Shown here one piece after another: positions 12,666 to 25,225 of a stretch of DNA of 64,000 nt (the first letter of the stretch is position 1; every line of letters begins with the position of its first letter). The notes beneath the pieces are model-generated. The model was given only the letters and a program-made list of their open reading frames with translations, ran no database searches and had not been told where the DNA came from. The translations under genes were made by a program, and so were the position numbers. This stretch comes from Octopus sinensis (lineage: Eukaryota): NCBI RefSeq assembly GCF_006345805.1, contig NC_043000.1:83204001-83268000 (forward strand), in the 5' to 3' direction.

Positions 12666-13487
12666 TATATATATATTACAGACAACAGGCGGTTGGTCTT
12701 TAAAGTATATCAGTAAGTACACTAATGTAACAACTTTATGGGCATATTTTGGATAAGTATTGATTAGCACTATTTACAAAATCATAAGTACTATTCTTTT
12801 TCTAGACCTATTGCCGAATCCAGTTGTACTAAAGTACTCCTACCCGCACGTAGAGCGGCTCACCTTAAGCTAGTATATATTATAATTCTGAAATGCAAAA
12901 CATTTGTTTGTCTGGTTTTGGCATTAGAACGGGTTAAAGGCCACTAGATCCCGTTGGATTGACTCCAAAATTTACAGGGACATGTAAAATGAGATGAGGA
13001 TGTGAGTGGGCAAGGTTAGAAATCCCTATCTTAAAAGGTGTCGTTGCTAGGGCAAAAAACGCACACTTTGACAAGTCTACTCTCATTCTCTTACCTGCAT
13101 GTCTTCCTCCGTCTCTCTCTGTTTCCTCCCTTCCCATCACTTTCTCTCTATAATGACGTTTGACAGATACTACTATCTTTCCCCCCATCACCTTCGCCAG
13201 CGCTGTCACACTTTCTACCACTGCCTCCCACTCTCTCTTTCTGTATGTCTGTCTCATAGAGAGTTTTATTATCGCCACCACCACCACCACACAATCATGA
13301 GAACAAATATTATGAATCAGATATTTATTGGGTTAATTTTTATATGTGTATGTGTGTGTGTGTTCTATATATAAATATGTATATATAATGTATATATACA
13401 AAGTGTATATATATGTATTTATATATATATATATATAAAATTAGAAAAAAAACATCTTTTATCAATTCAAAATTGTTCATTTTGAAT

Positions 13488-13523
<36 letters not shown>

Positions 13524-14468
13524 ATTATTATTATATATATATAATTTGTATATATAATGCGTACACACACACATATATAATGTGTGCATTATGTAGTCGG
13601 TTGAGCTGAAAATATGCACACCTATGTTAAAAGTGCTGGCGAGTTCGCATGGCAACTATTTTTTTCCTCAAATGAAAGGCGTGACCTCTAGGACAAAATT
13701 CCTCATCTTATAAAATGTGGCACCAGTAGACCCGAATGAAATCGGGTTATATTAACCAAAATGTGAAAAGGGGTCTAAATGGGGCTGGAAGGGGATTAAA
13801 ATTTAAAGGAGTGGGTGTTTAGGAATTCTCTGTTACATCAAGCTAAAAAATTTGCGCCAGCCTTTTAATCGTCAATGTGTTGCCGTCCATGATGAAGAAG
13901 TTTTGAATGCTTGCCATGGTGAGTCTACTGTCGTGAGAAAGAATCACTTCAAAACTTGATGTTTAGGGATTTTCTTTCACATCAAGTTCAAAATTTTACG
14001 CCAGCCGTTAAACTGTCAAAACGTTGCTGTCCGTCGTTAAGAAATGCCAGCCATGGTGACTCTACTATCCTCAGATTCTATCCCTTCAAACTTTGGTTTC
14101 CGATATTTTTTTTTCAGCTAGCAAGTTCGTCTGTCCCTTTTAAATGTTAGTGTTTTGCTGTCTGCCTTGAAGCAGACCTTTCCGTTGTCATTGCCTGATA
14201 TTTATGATTGATCTTTCAAAATATTTTATTTCTCAACTTACTCAAGATCTTTTGTTGTTTATAAATGGGAGAGAGATAGATAGAGAAAGATAGAGAGTAA
14301 GAGACAGCGAGGGAGAGTCCAAGAGAAAGGAAGAGTAAGAGAGTGAGAAAGTGAGAGAGAAAGGAGAGAAACAAAGAAGGAGAATGTGGTGATAAAAAAC
14401 AGAAAGGAAGCAACAGAAAGTAACAACCACACTCTTACCCGCATGTAGAGTGGGTCACCTTAAGCTAG
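12666..14468 (+). mobile_element. Two tandem Helitron-like 3' ends
   Basis: TACCCGCA(C/T)GTAGAG(C/T)GG(C/G)TCACCTTAAGCTAGT occurs at 12841-12874 and about 14436-14469 (hairpin plus CTAG-T). Confidence 0.55.
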
Positions 14469-15602
14469 TATATATATATTGTGTGTGTGTGTTTATTGCA
14501 TAAGCAATAAAGAAGCCATCAAATACAGATCTTGCAGGTAAATGTGTTGTCTGGTATATATATATTTATATTTCGTATCTGTGTCTTTTAAATTTATTTT
14601 AATGGTTTAATGAGAGTAAATGGGTGAGTGTTAATCTGATTAGATACACTCACATACACATGTATATTAAATTATTTTTGAAATAGATAGCCACACTATT
14701 TTACTGGAGTAGAAGAGGAAAGAAAAGAGAAGAAAAGTGACTAAGATTGAAGAATACATAATAAGGATTGAAAACTGAAATGAAACCAAAAGGTGTTAAC
14801 TTTCCATCCTTTGAGAGAGAGAGCATCTCAGTTAAAATCTAACTAAAAGATTCTTAATTGTTAAAGATGTGACAAATTCTCTGTATAGAAATATGAATGA
14901 AATATGAATGGTCTTGTAAAGGAATAATCCTCCCTACTATAGGCATAAGGCCTGAAATTTGGGGGAGGGGCATAGTCAATTACATTGACCCCAGTACTCA
15001 ACTGGTACTTATCGACTCCAAAACGATGAAAGGCAAAGTCAGCCTCAGCAGAATTTGAACTCAGAATGTGAAGACGGCCAAAATACCACAACGCATTTTA
15101 TCCAGTGTGCCAACAATTCTGCCAGCTCACCAGTACAACATAATTTGATAGTTTGATTGACATGATTTTGGAATTGTTGGGATTCTGTTGATTTTTTTTT
15201 TCTTTTAAGGAAATCAAGTATTGAGCTATTTATGAAATAACAAATAATCATTAAACATTCATTTATCAAGCTAACATGGTTTGACAGTATTTGACAAGAT
15301 CCATTGGGCCCAAGGACTGCATCATGTTCTAGAGCCTATTTGGCATGGTTTCTACAGCTGGATGCCTTTCCTAATGCAATTTGTTACCATATTAGTGGCT
15401 CATGTTCAAATTTGTAAGCCTTAAAATTCTTTTAAAGAATGAGTTGTCTTGAAAACTTACCAGATATTTTCAATGTGGGTAAACAGTGTTGAATTTTGTG
15501 TTGGGGTGTATCTAAAAGAGTTTACTTTTCAAGATAATTTTAGTTATTTTTGAAGTATTTTTGTTTTAATTTATCTCCTTTCTCCTTTTTTTTATTTGGT
15601 AG

Positions 15603-15725
15603 ATTTCCTGTGCAAAATGTGGCAATAGTCTTGGACATGAATTCTTGAATGACGGACCTCAGCTTGGTAAAAATCGATACTGAATATTTAGTAGTGCCCT
15701 GAAATTTGTTCCTAGAAAGTCTTAG
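15603..15725 (+). CDS. MSRB1: MSRB1 coding exon 3, containing the in-frame UGA (Sec) codon at 15681-15683
   Basis: Acceptor TTTGGTAG. Translates to [40 protein letters not shown], with the second CxxC and GHEF motif. Similarity to vertebrate RFUIFSSSLKFVP continues past the TGA to TAG at 15723-15725. Confidence 0.95.
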
Positions 15726-17360
15726 GGCACTAATTTATGAAAGGAAGAGAGATTGAACTTCAAATATATTTTGAGTATTCTGAAATTGAGTTGCTTACAA
15801 TTCTTTAACCTCTTCACTTTTCTTCATATGTTCTTGTAACAGCTTATTAAAAGAGTAATTTATACAATCTTATTAATTTTCATAAATTTATGCTAGTTTT
15901 TCATTTTGGAACAAACTTGAAAATCTAGCATTGTCATTAGGATAGAATTATAGCACTGCTATGGAGCTGTTTTTTTTTCATATTTTTTTTAGAATGAATG
16001 AGAGTGTCTCCCAGAGTAATGACCACACTTATCATACTAGTTATTAATTGAATTATTATGTAATGTTATTTTTAAAATTTTAAATGAAGAAAATAACCCA
16101 AATGTATTGATTTTGTGTACAGATTAAATTAGTTGGACCAGAATTTGTAACTAATAAACAAAATGGTATATCCTTAAACAGAAGATGAACTTCCAAGATT
16201 TCTTGCAGAGATTGCTGTAGTTGAAATTATGTTTTAAAGAACTGAGACTTGTTTTTATTTTAATCCACTTTTATGTGTATGTTTACATGGGTTTATCAAT
16301 GTTTTATTGCTGTTAGAAATATATATAATATGTGTCTTTCAGAATCCTATGATATAAAATGGCAGCTTTGTGTTTCATAAAAGAATATCTAAAACTTGAA
16401 AAACAGCATAAAATATATCTTCTACATATCCTATTATACATGGCATATCTGTGTTGTTCTTCTTCACTCTTAGGTGCAGAAAACTGATGATGTTTTATTC
16501 TTCAACTTCATATCATCTAAACAGGTGTCATTGAATAGTGACTGACCAGTGTTTCTCTATTCTTGTTAATTTTTTTCTTTTTCATCCAATATCTCACAAT
16601 AGTATTTGGTTGATGTTAACCATCTCCAAATAACTGGCTTCTTACATACTACTATGTTTTAAATGTAAAGTTAACAATTATTACTCTCCTAAATGACCAT
16701 GTAGTCTTCTGATTGAAGGCTATCTTATTTTTCAATCTAGTGTTTTCCTTATGTTGATTTATGTGATTCTTTGATTCATTAAAGCATACAGTTCCATGGA
16801 ATTTTCATGAGTTAGTAAAATTCCTGCCAAAGGGAGCTTTATTTTCACATTTCACAATATGATTTAATGTTGACTTTATATATTTTCTGACTTGCCTTTG
16901 TGTTAAATAAACAATGTTGTGTATGCATTGAGATACTCATAACTATGTTTTAAGACATCAAATCAGTAAGTTAGTATTATCATCATCTTTTGCACTATAT
17001 ATGTATGTATATATCTTCAATTATACATTAATTTCTTTTATGGTTATTGAAGGTAACATAACTCATTTATATGTTACTTAAATTTCTGTTAAAAGTGTTG
17101 ATGTTGATCTGTAGGTAAATTATTTTTATAAGAATTGTTTATATTTAATTACTTTTCTTGAGGAAGATATACCTGTATTTCTGTCTCAATATAACTATGG
17201 TTTAAATTAATATTGATTTATTCTCACTGCACAATCTACAATAGCATTTTTATTTTCATTACTTTTTTTTTCTAGAAGAGACATTAATCAGAAACCAAAA
17301 TATGATTTTATCTATCTCCCTTCAAAATATTCATTTTGAAGTTTATTCTTTGTATATTTT

Positions 17361-17430
17361 TGCTAGAACTCATGAAATTATGAGGCCAGAGCCATATTTG
17401 GAAAGCCTCATTTTGGAAGTATCAGTCTAA
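17361..17430 (+). promoter_or_regulatory. Candidate non-canonical SECIS element in the MSRB1 3' UTR
   Basis: ATGAA (17372) ... GGAA (17415) could form the GA quartet. Helix ATTATGAGGC/GCCTCATTTT has two U-U mismatches, with an apical mini-hairpin CCA-TATT-TGG. The unpaired bases at the usual AA position are AG. AATAAA signals follow at about 17721 and 17771. Folded by eye only. Confidence 0.3.
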
Positions 17431-19133
17431 CATCAAATGTACAAAGAGTTAACAACAAAAAGAGTATCAGAATCACTTATCTTTGCCTTTCAAAATGATA
17501 GTTGAATCTTAACTATACAGAATAAAACATTCTCCTTAATTTCTCGGTGAAAACTTTCTGAAACTCTTTTTGTTTGAAATCTCCAGTTTCAAAACTACTT
17601 TCACTTTCTTTTTTTCTTTATCCTTTGTGTATTTTTATTTTAAGTCAGAGCATATCTACTTCAGATGTTTTCTATCAAATATTTTTATAATTCAAATTTC
17701 TATAAAAAAATTTTTTTCTTAATAAACACAGTGAAATATCAAAGTGTTTATTTCCTAAACTTGGTGCCTCAATAAACTTTAACATTTTATCTTATGTTTT
17801 TTGTTTTATTCAATTAAAAAAATATTTTTTAAACAAATAGTTTTGATTTTTTTTATTGAAATTTAATGATTACCAAGACTAAAAATTATTTAAATTTACT
17901 CTTATAATTTTTCTGTTTTCACATTTAAAATATTGAAATTTCTTCAAATAAATTCTTATTTGTTATTATTTGATACATCCTTGTCTTATTTTCTCTTATC
18001 TACATTTTCATTGCCTTGAATCACTTTTAACCAGTGGAACTTAGCTTACATGCATACAAAAGGACCCTGTAATGTATTTTCAGGTTGCCATTTACTGAGT
18101 CTATCTTCTGAGCCAGTTGCAAAGATGTAACCAAAGGGATGTCTAGGAAACCACCAACCTATTCCTTCTACTTCATTTCATATTCCAAATAGTCCGATAC
18201 CAATATGGGAGTGTCATGTTAAAATAATAGACTCACACACACACACACACATTAGTGTTAATTATTTGAGATCACTGCTTGTGAATATCAATAATGTTGG
18301 GGGAAATTGATAATTACCAGAAAGCATTGTTATCACAGACTAATAATTACACACTAGTTTGTTTAATATTGCAGATGTTTCTAAGGGGGTAAGCTGGCAG
18401 AATCATTCGCATGCTGGGAAAAATGCTTAGTAGCATTTCAAATTCTGAGTTCAAATTCTGCCAAGATTGACTGTGCCTTTTATCCTTTTAGGATCGATAA
18501 AATAAGTACCAGTTGAGCACTGGGGTCAATCTAATTGACTTTCACCCTCCCTTGAAAATACTGACCTTGTCCCTAAATTTTAAATCAATATTGCATCTGG
18601 ATCAAATTGATCTGAGGCACAGGCATGATCATGTGCTAAGAAGCTTGCTTCCTAACTGTGGTTCCTGGTTCAGTCTCACTGTATTGCACCTTGGGAAAGT
18701 GTCTTCTGCTATAGTCCTAGGCTGATCAAAGTTTTGTGAGTGGATTTGTAGATGGAAACTGAAAGAAGCCCATTGTATACAAACATATATGTCTATATAG
18801 AAGGAAAGATGTATATGTGTGTGTCTTTGTATTTGTGTTTGCCCCACCACCACTTAATAACTGATGTTGGTTGTTTACAACCTCATTAGCAGTTCTCCAA
18901 AAGAGACTGATCGAATAAGTACTAGGGTCCATTTGTCTGACTAAAACCAGTACTCAACTGGTATTTATTTTATTGACCCCAAAAGGATGAAAGGCAAAGC
19001 CAACCTCAGTGGATTTTGAACTCCGAATGTAAAGATGCGAAATGCCGCCAGCTCACTGCATCTATGTTCTTTTTAAATTTTCTAAAAATATAGTGGTCAT
19101 AGTTATATATTTCAGTGTCAAAGTTACATTCTG

Positions 19134-19424
19134 TCAGAGGTCAGCCAGAAATCTATCCATTTCCATTTGCATTGATTCACTTAGCAAATATGTTTGAAGT
19201 GATCGGAGTTTATTGAAATCTTCTCCTTGTTCTATAAGACATTGGTTGTCTTCACTGTATCTTTGTGAGTTCATAACAATTATATTTTTAAGGTTATTCT
19301 CCACAAACTGACTTATTGAATCAATATATGTATGATATTGACAAAATACTTGGTAAGCTCTTCTAGCCGTGTAAGTCTGTTCTGGTAGACAAATAGTTTG
19401 TGGTAGATAACCATATGAAAAGTC
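19134..19424 (-). CDS. Unknown gene, last coding exon
   Basis: Acceptor TTATTTTGCAG, phase 0; DFSYGYLPQTICLPEQTYTARRAYQVFCQYH...MEMDRFLADL* is 96 codons open in very AT-rich DNA. Confidence 0.75.
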   Translation of the reverse strand, partial: DFSYGYLPQTICLPEQTYTARRAYQVFCQYHTYIDSISQFVENNLKNIIVMNSQRYSEDNQCLIEQGEDFNKLRSLQTYLLSESMQMEMDRFLADL

Positions 19425-19494
19425 CTGCAAAATAATAACACTGATTATTACTATAACACTTTAGTATATTGTAAGACTTATAGTACACAATGTC

Positions 19495-19800
19495 ACACAA
19501 GAATGTTAAGAATGACTCTGAATATTACATGGAGAGCTCGTTTGACCAATGAGTATCTTTATCAAGATCTACCCAAAGTAACTGAGAAGATTCAGCAGAG
19601 AAGGATGTGAATTGTTGGTCACTGCATCAGGTACCCAGAAGACCCTTGTTGCCAATTGTCTTATGGCAGTTAGTTGAAGGAAGAATCAACAGGGGAAGAA
19701 AACGTTTAACCTTTGTGAACAACTAGCTTCAGGACAGTGGAATGGCAAATGTTTAATTAAGAACATGCATGGGGGACCTTGATGGATGTCATGCTCATGT
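19495..19800 (+). mobile_element. Degraded RTE-like C-terminal fragment of another family
   Basis: Reads GHCIRYPED...EGRINRGRKRLTFVNN, typical of an RTE-clade ORF end. Confidence 0.5.
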
Positions 19801-19971
19801 GAAACCATCAAAACATCTGAGAGGACAGCCAAACTAACTTCATTCAGTTTTTCTTAGCCCCCTTTTTTGCCACCAATGATTATCATTTGTAATAAAAGAG
19901 TCTGTTAATTTTCTCTTGAACCTTTTTTGTTTAGCTATTTTCAGAGTTAGTTGGAATCTTAGTGTTTTTAA

Positions 19972-20325
19972 CCTTTTTGTTACCATATTTCTGTTGAGAT
20001 GCTCTATGTTCCTTTTAATTTTAAATATAACAAATAATTTTGTAAAATAACTTAGTTATCATTAACCCTTTAAGCCTGTAACACTGATTTACTGGTGGAT
20101 GGCTTATTTTTATCTATACCATAGCACTGCTCTATACTGTAGCACTGGTGGAGTGCCAGGTATATGATAAAATAAGATTTAAGAGGTCGGGACTCAAAGG
20201 GTTAAGCTAGTGTTAGGAACATAAATTATGACTAAGGTTTGGTGGAAGATTTTAATTCAGAACTTTTGAAAACAAAACATTTACTACCCAGCCAGAGGCG
20301 GTTTCTGTGGGTTGGTATCAAAGGG
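19972..20325. mobile_element. piggyBac-type MITE (outer)
   Basis: TTAA-CCTTTTTGTTACC ... GGTATCAAAGGG-TTAA. Confidence 0.7.
20066..20201. mobile_element. piggyBac-type MITE (inner, nested at a TTAA)
   Basis: TTAA-CCCTTT ... AAAGGG-TTAA, with TTAA duplicated at 20062-20065 and 20202-20205. Confidence 0.7.
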
Positions 20326-21651
20326 TTAAATGACCTGATAGCAGTGTTGTTATGCAAGATCACAAGGGAACATTTATGGAATATTTGAAAACTTGCTACT
20401 TCTCAATGTTATACATACTACCTCTTTTATTTACTGAGGCATCCCTCATTTTTATTGGACCATTGATATGCCTTCTTCAGGCACAAGCCTGGACAAGATT
20501 GTGTAGAAGGAACTGAATGATTTCAGTTGTGAATAATGGAGATATTAAGTGTGGAGTGTCTGGAAGAATTGGGTATGTGTTTAATAAAAATTGTAGGGAA
20601 TGAAACACATCATTAGTAAAGAATGTAGAGTGGAAGAAAGATAGATGTATTAAATGTGTAAGATGTACACAGTTTATTAGTTAAAATGAGTAGAAGTCAT
20701 TTTTTAATGTGTATTACTGAATGAAAGGTTGACCTTTACTAGATGTGCTAAATAAAAAAAAATGACTTCAATACTTCCCTTGAATTTACATCGAGCAATA
20801 TGGAACTCAATATCTCTTTCTTATATTCAGTAACAGTGAAATTTGAGTGGTATTAATTTCAAGTGACATTGATCCAGTGTGCACATTTTATAAATGCACA
20901 AACAATCTTCGTTTGATTAATAATTAACTCTTAGTTAAGTATACAACAATTACTAGCATTTACATTTTAGTCTTTTAAACACTGTGCTTTCATATTAATT
21001 TTGTAACCTGTATACTTCAGCCTTTCAGACATATCAATTTTCTTTTTATCAAATTTAAATTCTTACAAGGAAATGATATCTTAAAATTTTTATGTTTGAG
21101 AAGTTTTTAATTTTCACTGGTGAGTAAAGATGTATTAAGAATCAACTTGAAACTACAGGTAATAATTAGGTTACTCTGGCACTAAACATACTGTGTTGTT
21201 AGAATTTTGGTTATTATATGGCCTATGACTTGGAAAGATAATTGTTAATGTTAAATTTTGGGGAGTACCTGACCAAGTACAACTGTTCGAATCCATTATT
21301 TCTCAACTCTTATATCAATATCTCTTGACACAAATGTCTGTAGTCACCTATTAAGACACTAGATGATCAACAAATCTTAATATGCACACCAAATGGAAAA
21401 AACAATAATGCAGCAATGTCTCAAGTATATCCATTGGGCCTAATAGTCAGTGATAAAGTCCTTTAACCAATCGTGATGATTATAAGCAACCGTTAGTTTT
21501 AACCAGACTCCACTGTCTATGAATTCTCCAACATCACAAATCAAACTTGCCTGAATGCAATCACTAATACCTCTATCTAGCCACCATCCTTCTACAAAGT
21601 ACAAAGTATTTTACCTAACAATCTTCCATTCAATTTGGAAAACTTTTTAAA

Positions 21652-22030
21652 GGCGCAGACATGGCTGTGTGGTAAGAAGTTTGCTTCTCAACCACATGGT
21701 TCCAGGTTCAGTCCCACTCTGTGACATGTACCTTGGGCAAGTGTCTTCTACTATAGCCTTGAGTCAAGGATTTGATAGACAGAAAATGAAAAAAATCTGT
21801 GGTGTGTGTATATACATAAATATGTGTGTCTGTATTTGACTCACATCATTACCACTTGGCAACCAGTTTTGGTCTGTTTACAGCCTCGTAACTTAGCTAT
21901 TCAAAAAAGAGATTGTTAGAATAAGTACCAGGCTTAAAAACTTAAGCACTAGGGTCAATTCATTCAACTAAAATTTCTTCCAGGTGGTTCCCTAACATGG
22001 CTGCAGTCTAATGACTTAAACAGGTAACAA
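21652..22030 (+). mobile_element. tRNA-derived SINE family B
   Basis: TGGCTGTGTGGTAAGAAG...GGTTCAGTCCC head. Other copies at about 7000-7210(-), 18615-18945, 22730-22880(-), 34455-34600, 38017-38160, 46338-46400, 53651-54085, 61758-62115. Confidence 0.8.
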
Positions 22031-22059
22031 TATATATATATATATATACAAATACTTAC

Positions 22060-22135
22060 AGATTTCTTGTTGCTTGATTTTTGAGGAATATCAAAATAGA
22101 CATTTTTCTGGTCTTCATTTCTTATAGATTTTTGC
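22060..22135 (-). CDS. Unknown gene, coding exon 3
   Basis: Acceptor CCCAACAG; 76 nt reading (K)QKSIRNEDQKNVYFDIPQKSSNKKS; consensus donor TCT|GTAAGT. Phases 2 and 0 fit both neighbours. Confidence 0.7.
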
Positions 22136-23396
22136 CTGTTGGGAAACATTGGAAATCTGATACATTTTATTTGAAACAAAATCTATGCTTTCAAAAAATG
22201 CTTGTAAATTGTATTAACATCTAATTTGTTCATTTTTGTTTAGCTCTTCAATAAATCAATATAAGAAGTAATACATAATTCTTTCAACATTGCTTCAAGC
22301 ACTGTTCACTAACATTACATTGTATCCAAAGGTATAACCAGGTGCTAAAGTTAGGAGTAGTGAGCTCATAAAAAAAAAAATATTGTGACACATACCAAAC
22401 AATTTTTAACTCCTTTCTCTTATATTATATGAAGTATTGCATAAGTTATAATATATGTAATTGTATTCTTCATTCATTAATTTCATGTTTCATTGACAAC
22501 ATTATTATGTGTGAAACTTACTACTGATATAGGTAACTAAAGAGTTTAAAAAATTGTTGAAACAGTGCCAATTTTGTAAAATGTGCTTATAGTGGTCATG
22601 GGAGGGTCACTCCCCTTCCTCCCCTATTAGCTATGCCACTGATTTCCCCATATGTTTTGCAGAATATCGAAAATGATGGATATTCATCTACAATAATCAA
22701 ACAATGTCAAGACAAGGAGACACAGCCATACACACTCGCACATACATATGTGTGTCTACTAAATCCACTCACACAAGGCTTAGGTCAGCCTGGGACTATA
22801 TCAAAAACACTTGCCCAAGATGCCATCCAGTGAGATAGAACCTGCAAAATGTGGCTGCAAAGCAACCTTCTTAACCACACTTGTATATATAGCCACCAAG
22901 ATTGACCGTTAGCCACGAAAGCTTTTTCTATTCTCTCTCTGGTTTAACAGGATCTGATGAGTCCAAGGGCTGCATCAGGCTCCAGTGTCTGCTTTGGCAC
23001 GATTTCTTTGGCTGGATATACTTCCTAATGCCAGAAACTTTACAGCATGCACTGGGTGCTTTTTTATGATGCCAGCACTAGTGAGGTTGCCATGCCACTC
23101 ACAAGACAACAAACCCCAATAGGATGGAGGGTTTATGCATGGAGAAGAGAACTTCATGTATGAGAGAAGATGAAGAGCAGGTTTTATTCTTCAGGACTTA
23201 CATTCCACTCACATTTAGAAAAGTGGGCGAGATGTTTGTGTGTACACACATTTATAACTACAAAAGCTCTGTAGTGTCTTAAACATCAAACAATAGTAGA
23301 CACAACAATTAGATCATGTGATTAGAATAAAGGAAGAATGATTTGTTCATAAAACTCTCTTCAGTGAATTAGCCATCAGGAAAAGACTACAAATAT

Positions 23397-23441
<45 letters not shown>

Positions 23442-23528
23442 AGAGTTTATGAAAACAACAAAAGACGAAGACAGGTGGTATACAAAACAAACAGATGTAT
23501 TAGTATAATGCTCAGGAATAGAAAAAGT

Positions 23529-23565
23529 CTTTTACGTTTCGAGCCTACACTCTTCTACAGAAAAA
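23529..23565 (-). ncRNA. Variant hammerhead-like motif (CUGUAGA core)
   Basis: Minus strand reads TTTT-CTGTAGA-A-GAG-TGTAGG-CTC-GAAA-CG-TA-AAAG: minimal hammerhead topology with an A6>U change. Confidence 0.4.
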
Positions 23566-23618
23566 ACAAGGAGAGAAATGTGTGCAGTGGCTAACGATCT
23601 ATCATATATATATATTTA

Positions 23619-24487
23619 CAGGGTGTGGTGAATAAATTGTCGCCTAAATTATGCGAAAATGAAAATAACACTGACATCTCATTTTAACAGATATATTTAC
23701 CAAAATTACATAAATATGTCTTGAAATATTGAAGAGTAAATTAATTCAATAAAATTGTCATTGGTTTCAACCATGGCCTCCAGACGACTTCAGAATCTCT
23801 TGCAACTCTTCTGGGAGGTCCCCTTGTTTAAGTTGGTGAATGCTGCTGTAATCCTTGCCTTCAGTTAATCTTTGGTGTTACAAGGAGTTTTGTTGGTCTC
23901 TCACTCAACTGTGGGGTTATAGTCTGGGGAGTTAGGGTAGCCAGATGTTAGGGGTTATGTGGTTGCAGAAATTGTCTGATAGCCATGACTGAGTTCTCCT
24001 ACTTGTGTGGCATGGTGCAGAGTCCTGTTGCCAGACATGAGGTCTTCCAGCAGGCACCTTCTTGACCCAGGGCAGCACTACCTCCTCCAGGCACTTGATG
24101 TAGGATTCTGTATTGAGTCTGAGGCTGAGTGGAAAGATCAATGGAGGCATAACATTGTCATCAGTAGTGATCACTCTAAACACCATGATGTTGACTGGAT
24201 GTTTGATTTTTATCATTCTCAGTACATTTCCTCAGATTGCACTGTCCTCTGATTGATACCTAAATACTTTGAAATGTTTGTAATGGAGCTTCCAGTGTGA
24301 ATGCCAAGCAGTACAGTATGTCATTTCCAAATTTCTGGCAGATCGAATTGTATCATGGTGCTGTTTTTCTCACAGACAGTGCCCATCTGACCCTATCATA
24401 CTGTGTAGTCGACAAAATCAAAAGCAAACACTGTGCATGCACAAAAATTGAAAATATAAAATGGAAAAATTTACCCATTGCACCCTG
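23619..24487 (-). mobile_element. Internally deleted Tc1/mariner-superfamily DNA transposon
   Basis: TA-CAGGGTG...CACCCTG-TA termini; transposase remnant KHPVNIMVF...WQQDSAPCHTSRRTQSWL. Confidence 0.85.
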
Positions 24488-24980
24488 TATGTTCTTTTTT
24501 TTTTTTTTTACTGAAGGCAAGATCTTAAAATTGAGACAAAATTGTGGAAAACTAAAGCCCAGAACCATACCAACTGGCATAGCTCTATTACCATCAGAAC
24601 CAACATTTTAGAAATAAAAAAAAAAGAGAAAATTTGAAGAAAATCTCAAAGATGCAACAACAAGCATGCTTTCCAGCACCAACTCTTGCTTGCCATCTTT
24701 GCCATTTTTTACCGGTTTTCTTGGAGGATTAGCTACATGCATACACATGCACATGCACAAACATTCACACACACATGCATGCACACACACATACACTACA
24801 CATACACACATTTTATTGCATAAAACATTTTCATAGTTTCTGAGCAAGTTTTTTGAAATGTAATAAAAAAAATGCATCTCTTGTCCTTAATAATTGGGAT
24901 TCCTAGTAATAATAATAGGTATTATATTAAGGAATCCCAATGTAATTCATAAAATATTGATTAATCTGAATGATACATAC

Positions 24981-25225
24981 TTGCAAAATGGGTTCTGAAC
25001 TTGTTCTTGGTACATCTGTAAGTGACTTGCATCAACAGATCTGTTTCTGTTTGCTTCTAGGTTTTGTTGTGGCATTTTCTCTTCTTCTTGCTTATTTGTT
25101 TGGTCTTCTTTAGCTGGACTGTCATCATTTATTGGTTGAGATTTGTTGCCATCATCCTTTTCCTCTTTTCCCTCTGCAGCACTGGTGCTAGCAACCTCTG
25201 GCTTAGCTTCCTCTTTAACTGGAGG
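24981..25225 (-). CDS. Unknown gene, coding exon 2 (acidic, low complexity)
   Basis: Acceptor TTTATTAG, 245 nt open (PPVKEEAKPEVASTSAAEGKEEKDDGNK...YQEQVQNPFC), phase-2 donor AA|GTATGT. Confidence 0.75.

Noticed and set aside
15681-15683. TGA read as a true stop or pseudogene lesion
   Set aside because: It falls exactly at the catalytic Sec position and conservation continues beyond it.
15727-15795. SECIS candidate immediately after the stop (ATGAA...AA...TGAA)
   Set aside because: The flanking helix and apical hairpin are plausible, but helix II barely pairs. Candidates at about 16084, 16185, 16487 and 16763 fail in the same way.
21268-21352. Possible extra minus-strand exon (AG...CAG|GTAC)
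   Set aside because: Stops in all three frames, and the flanking exons already join in phase without it.
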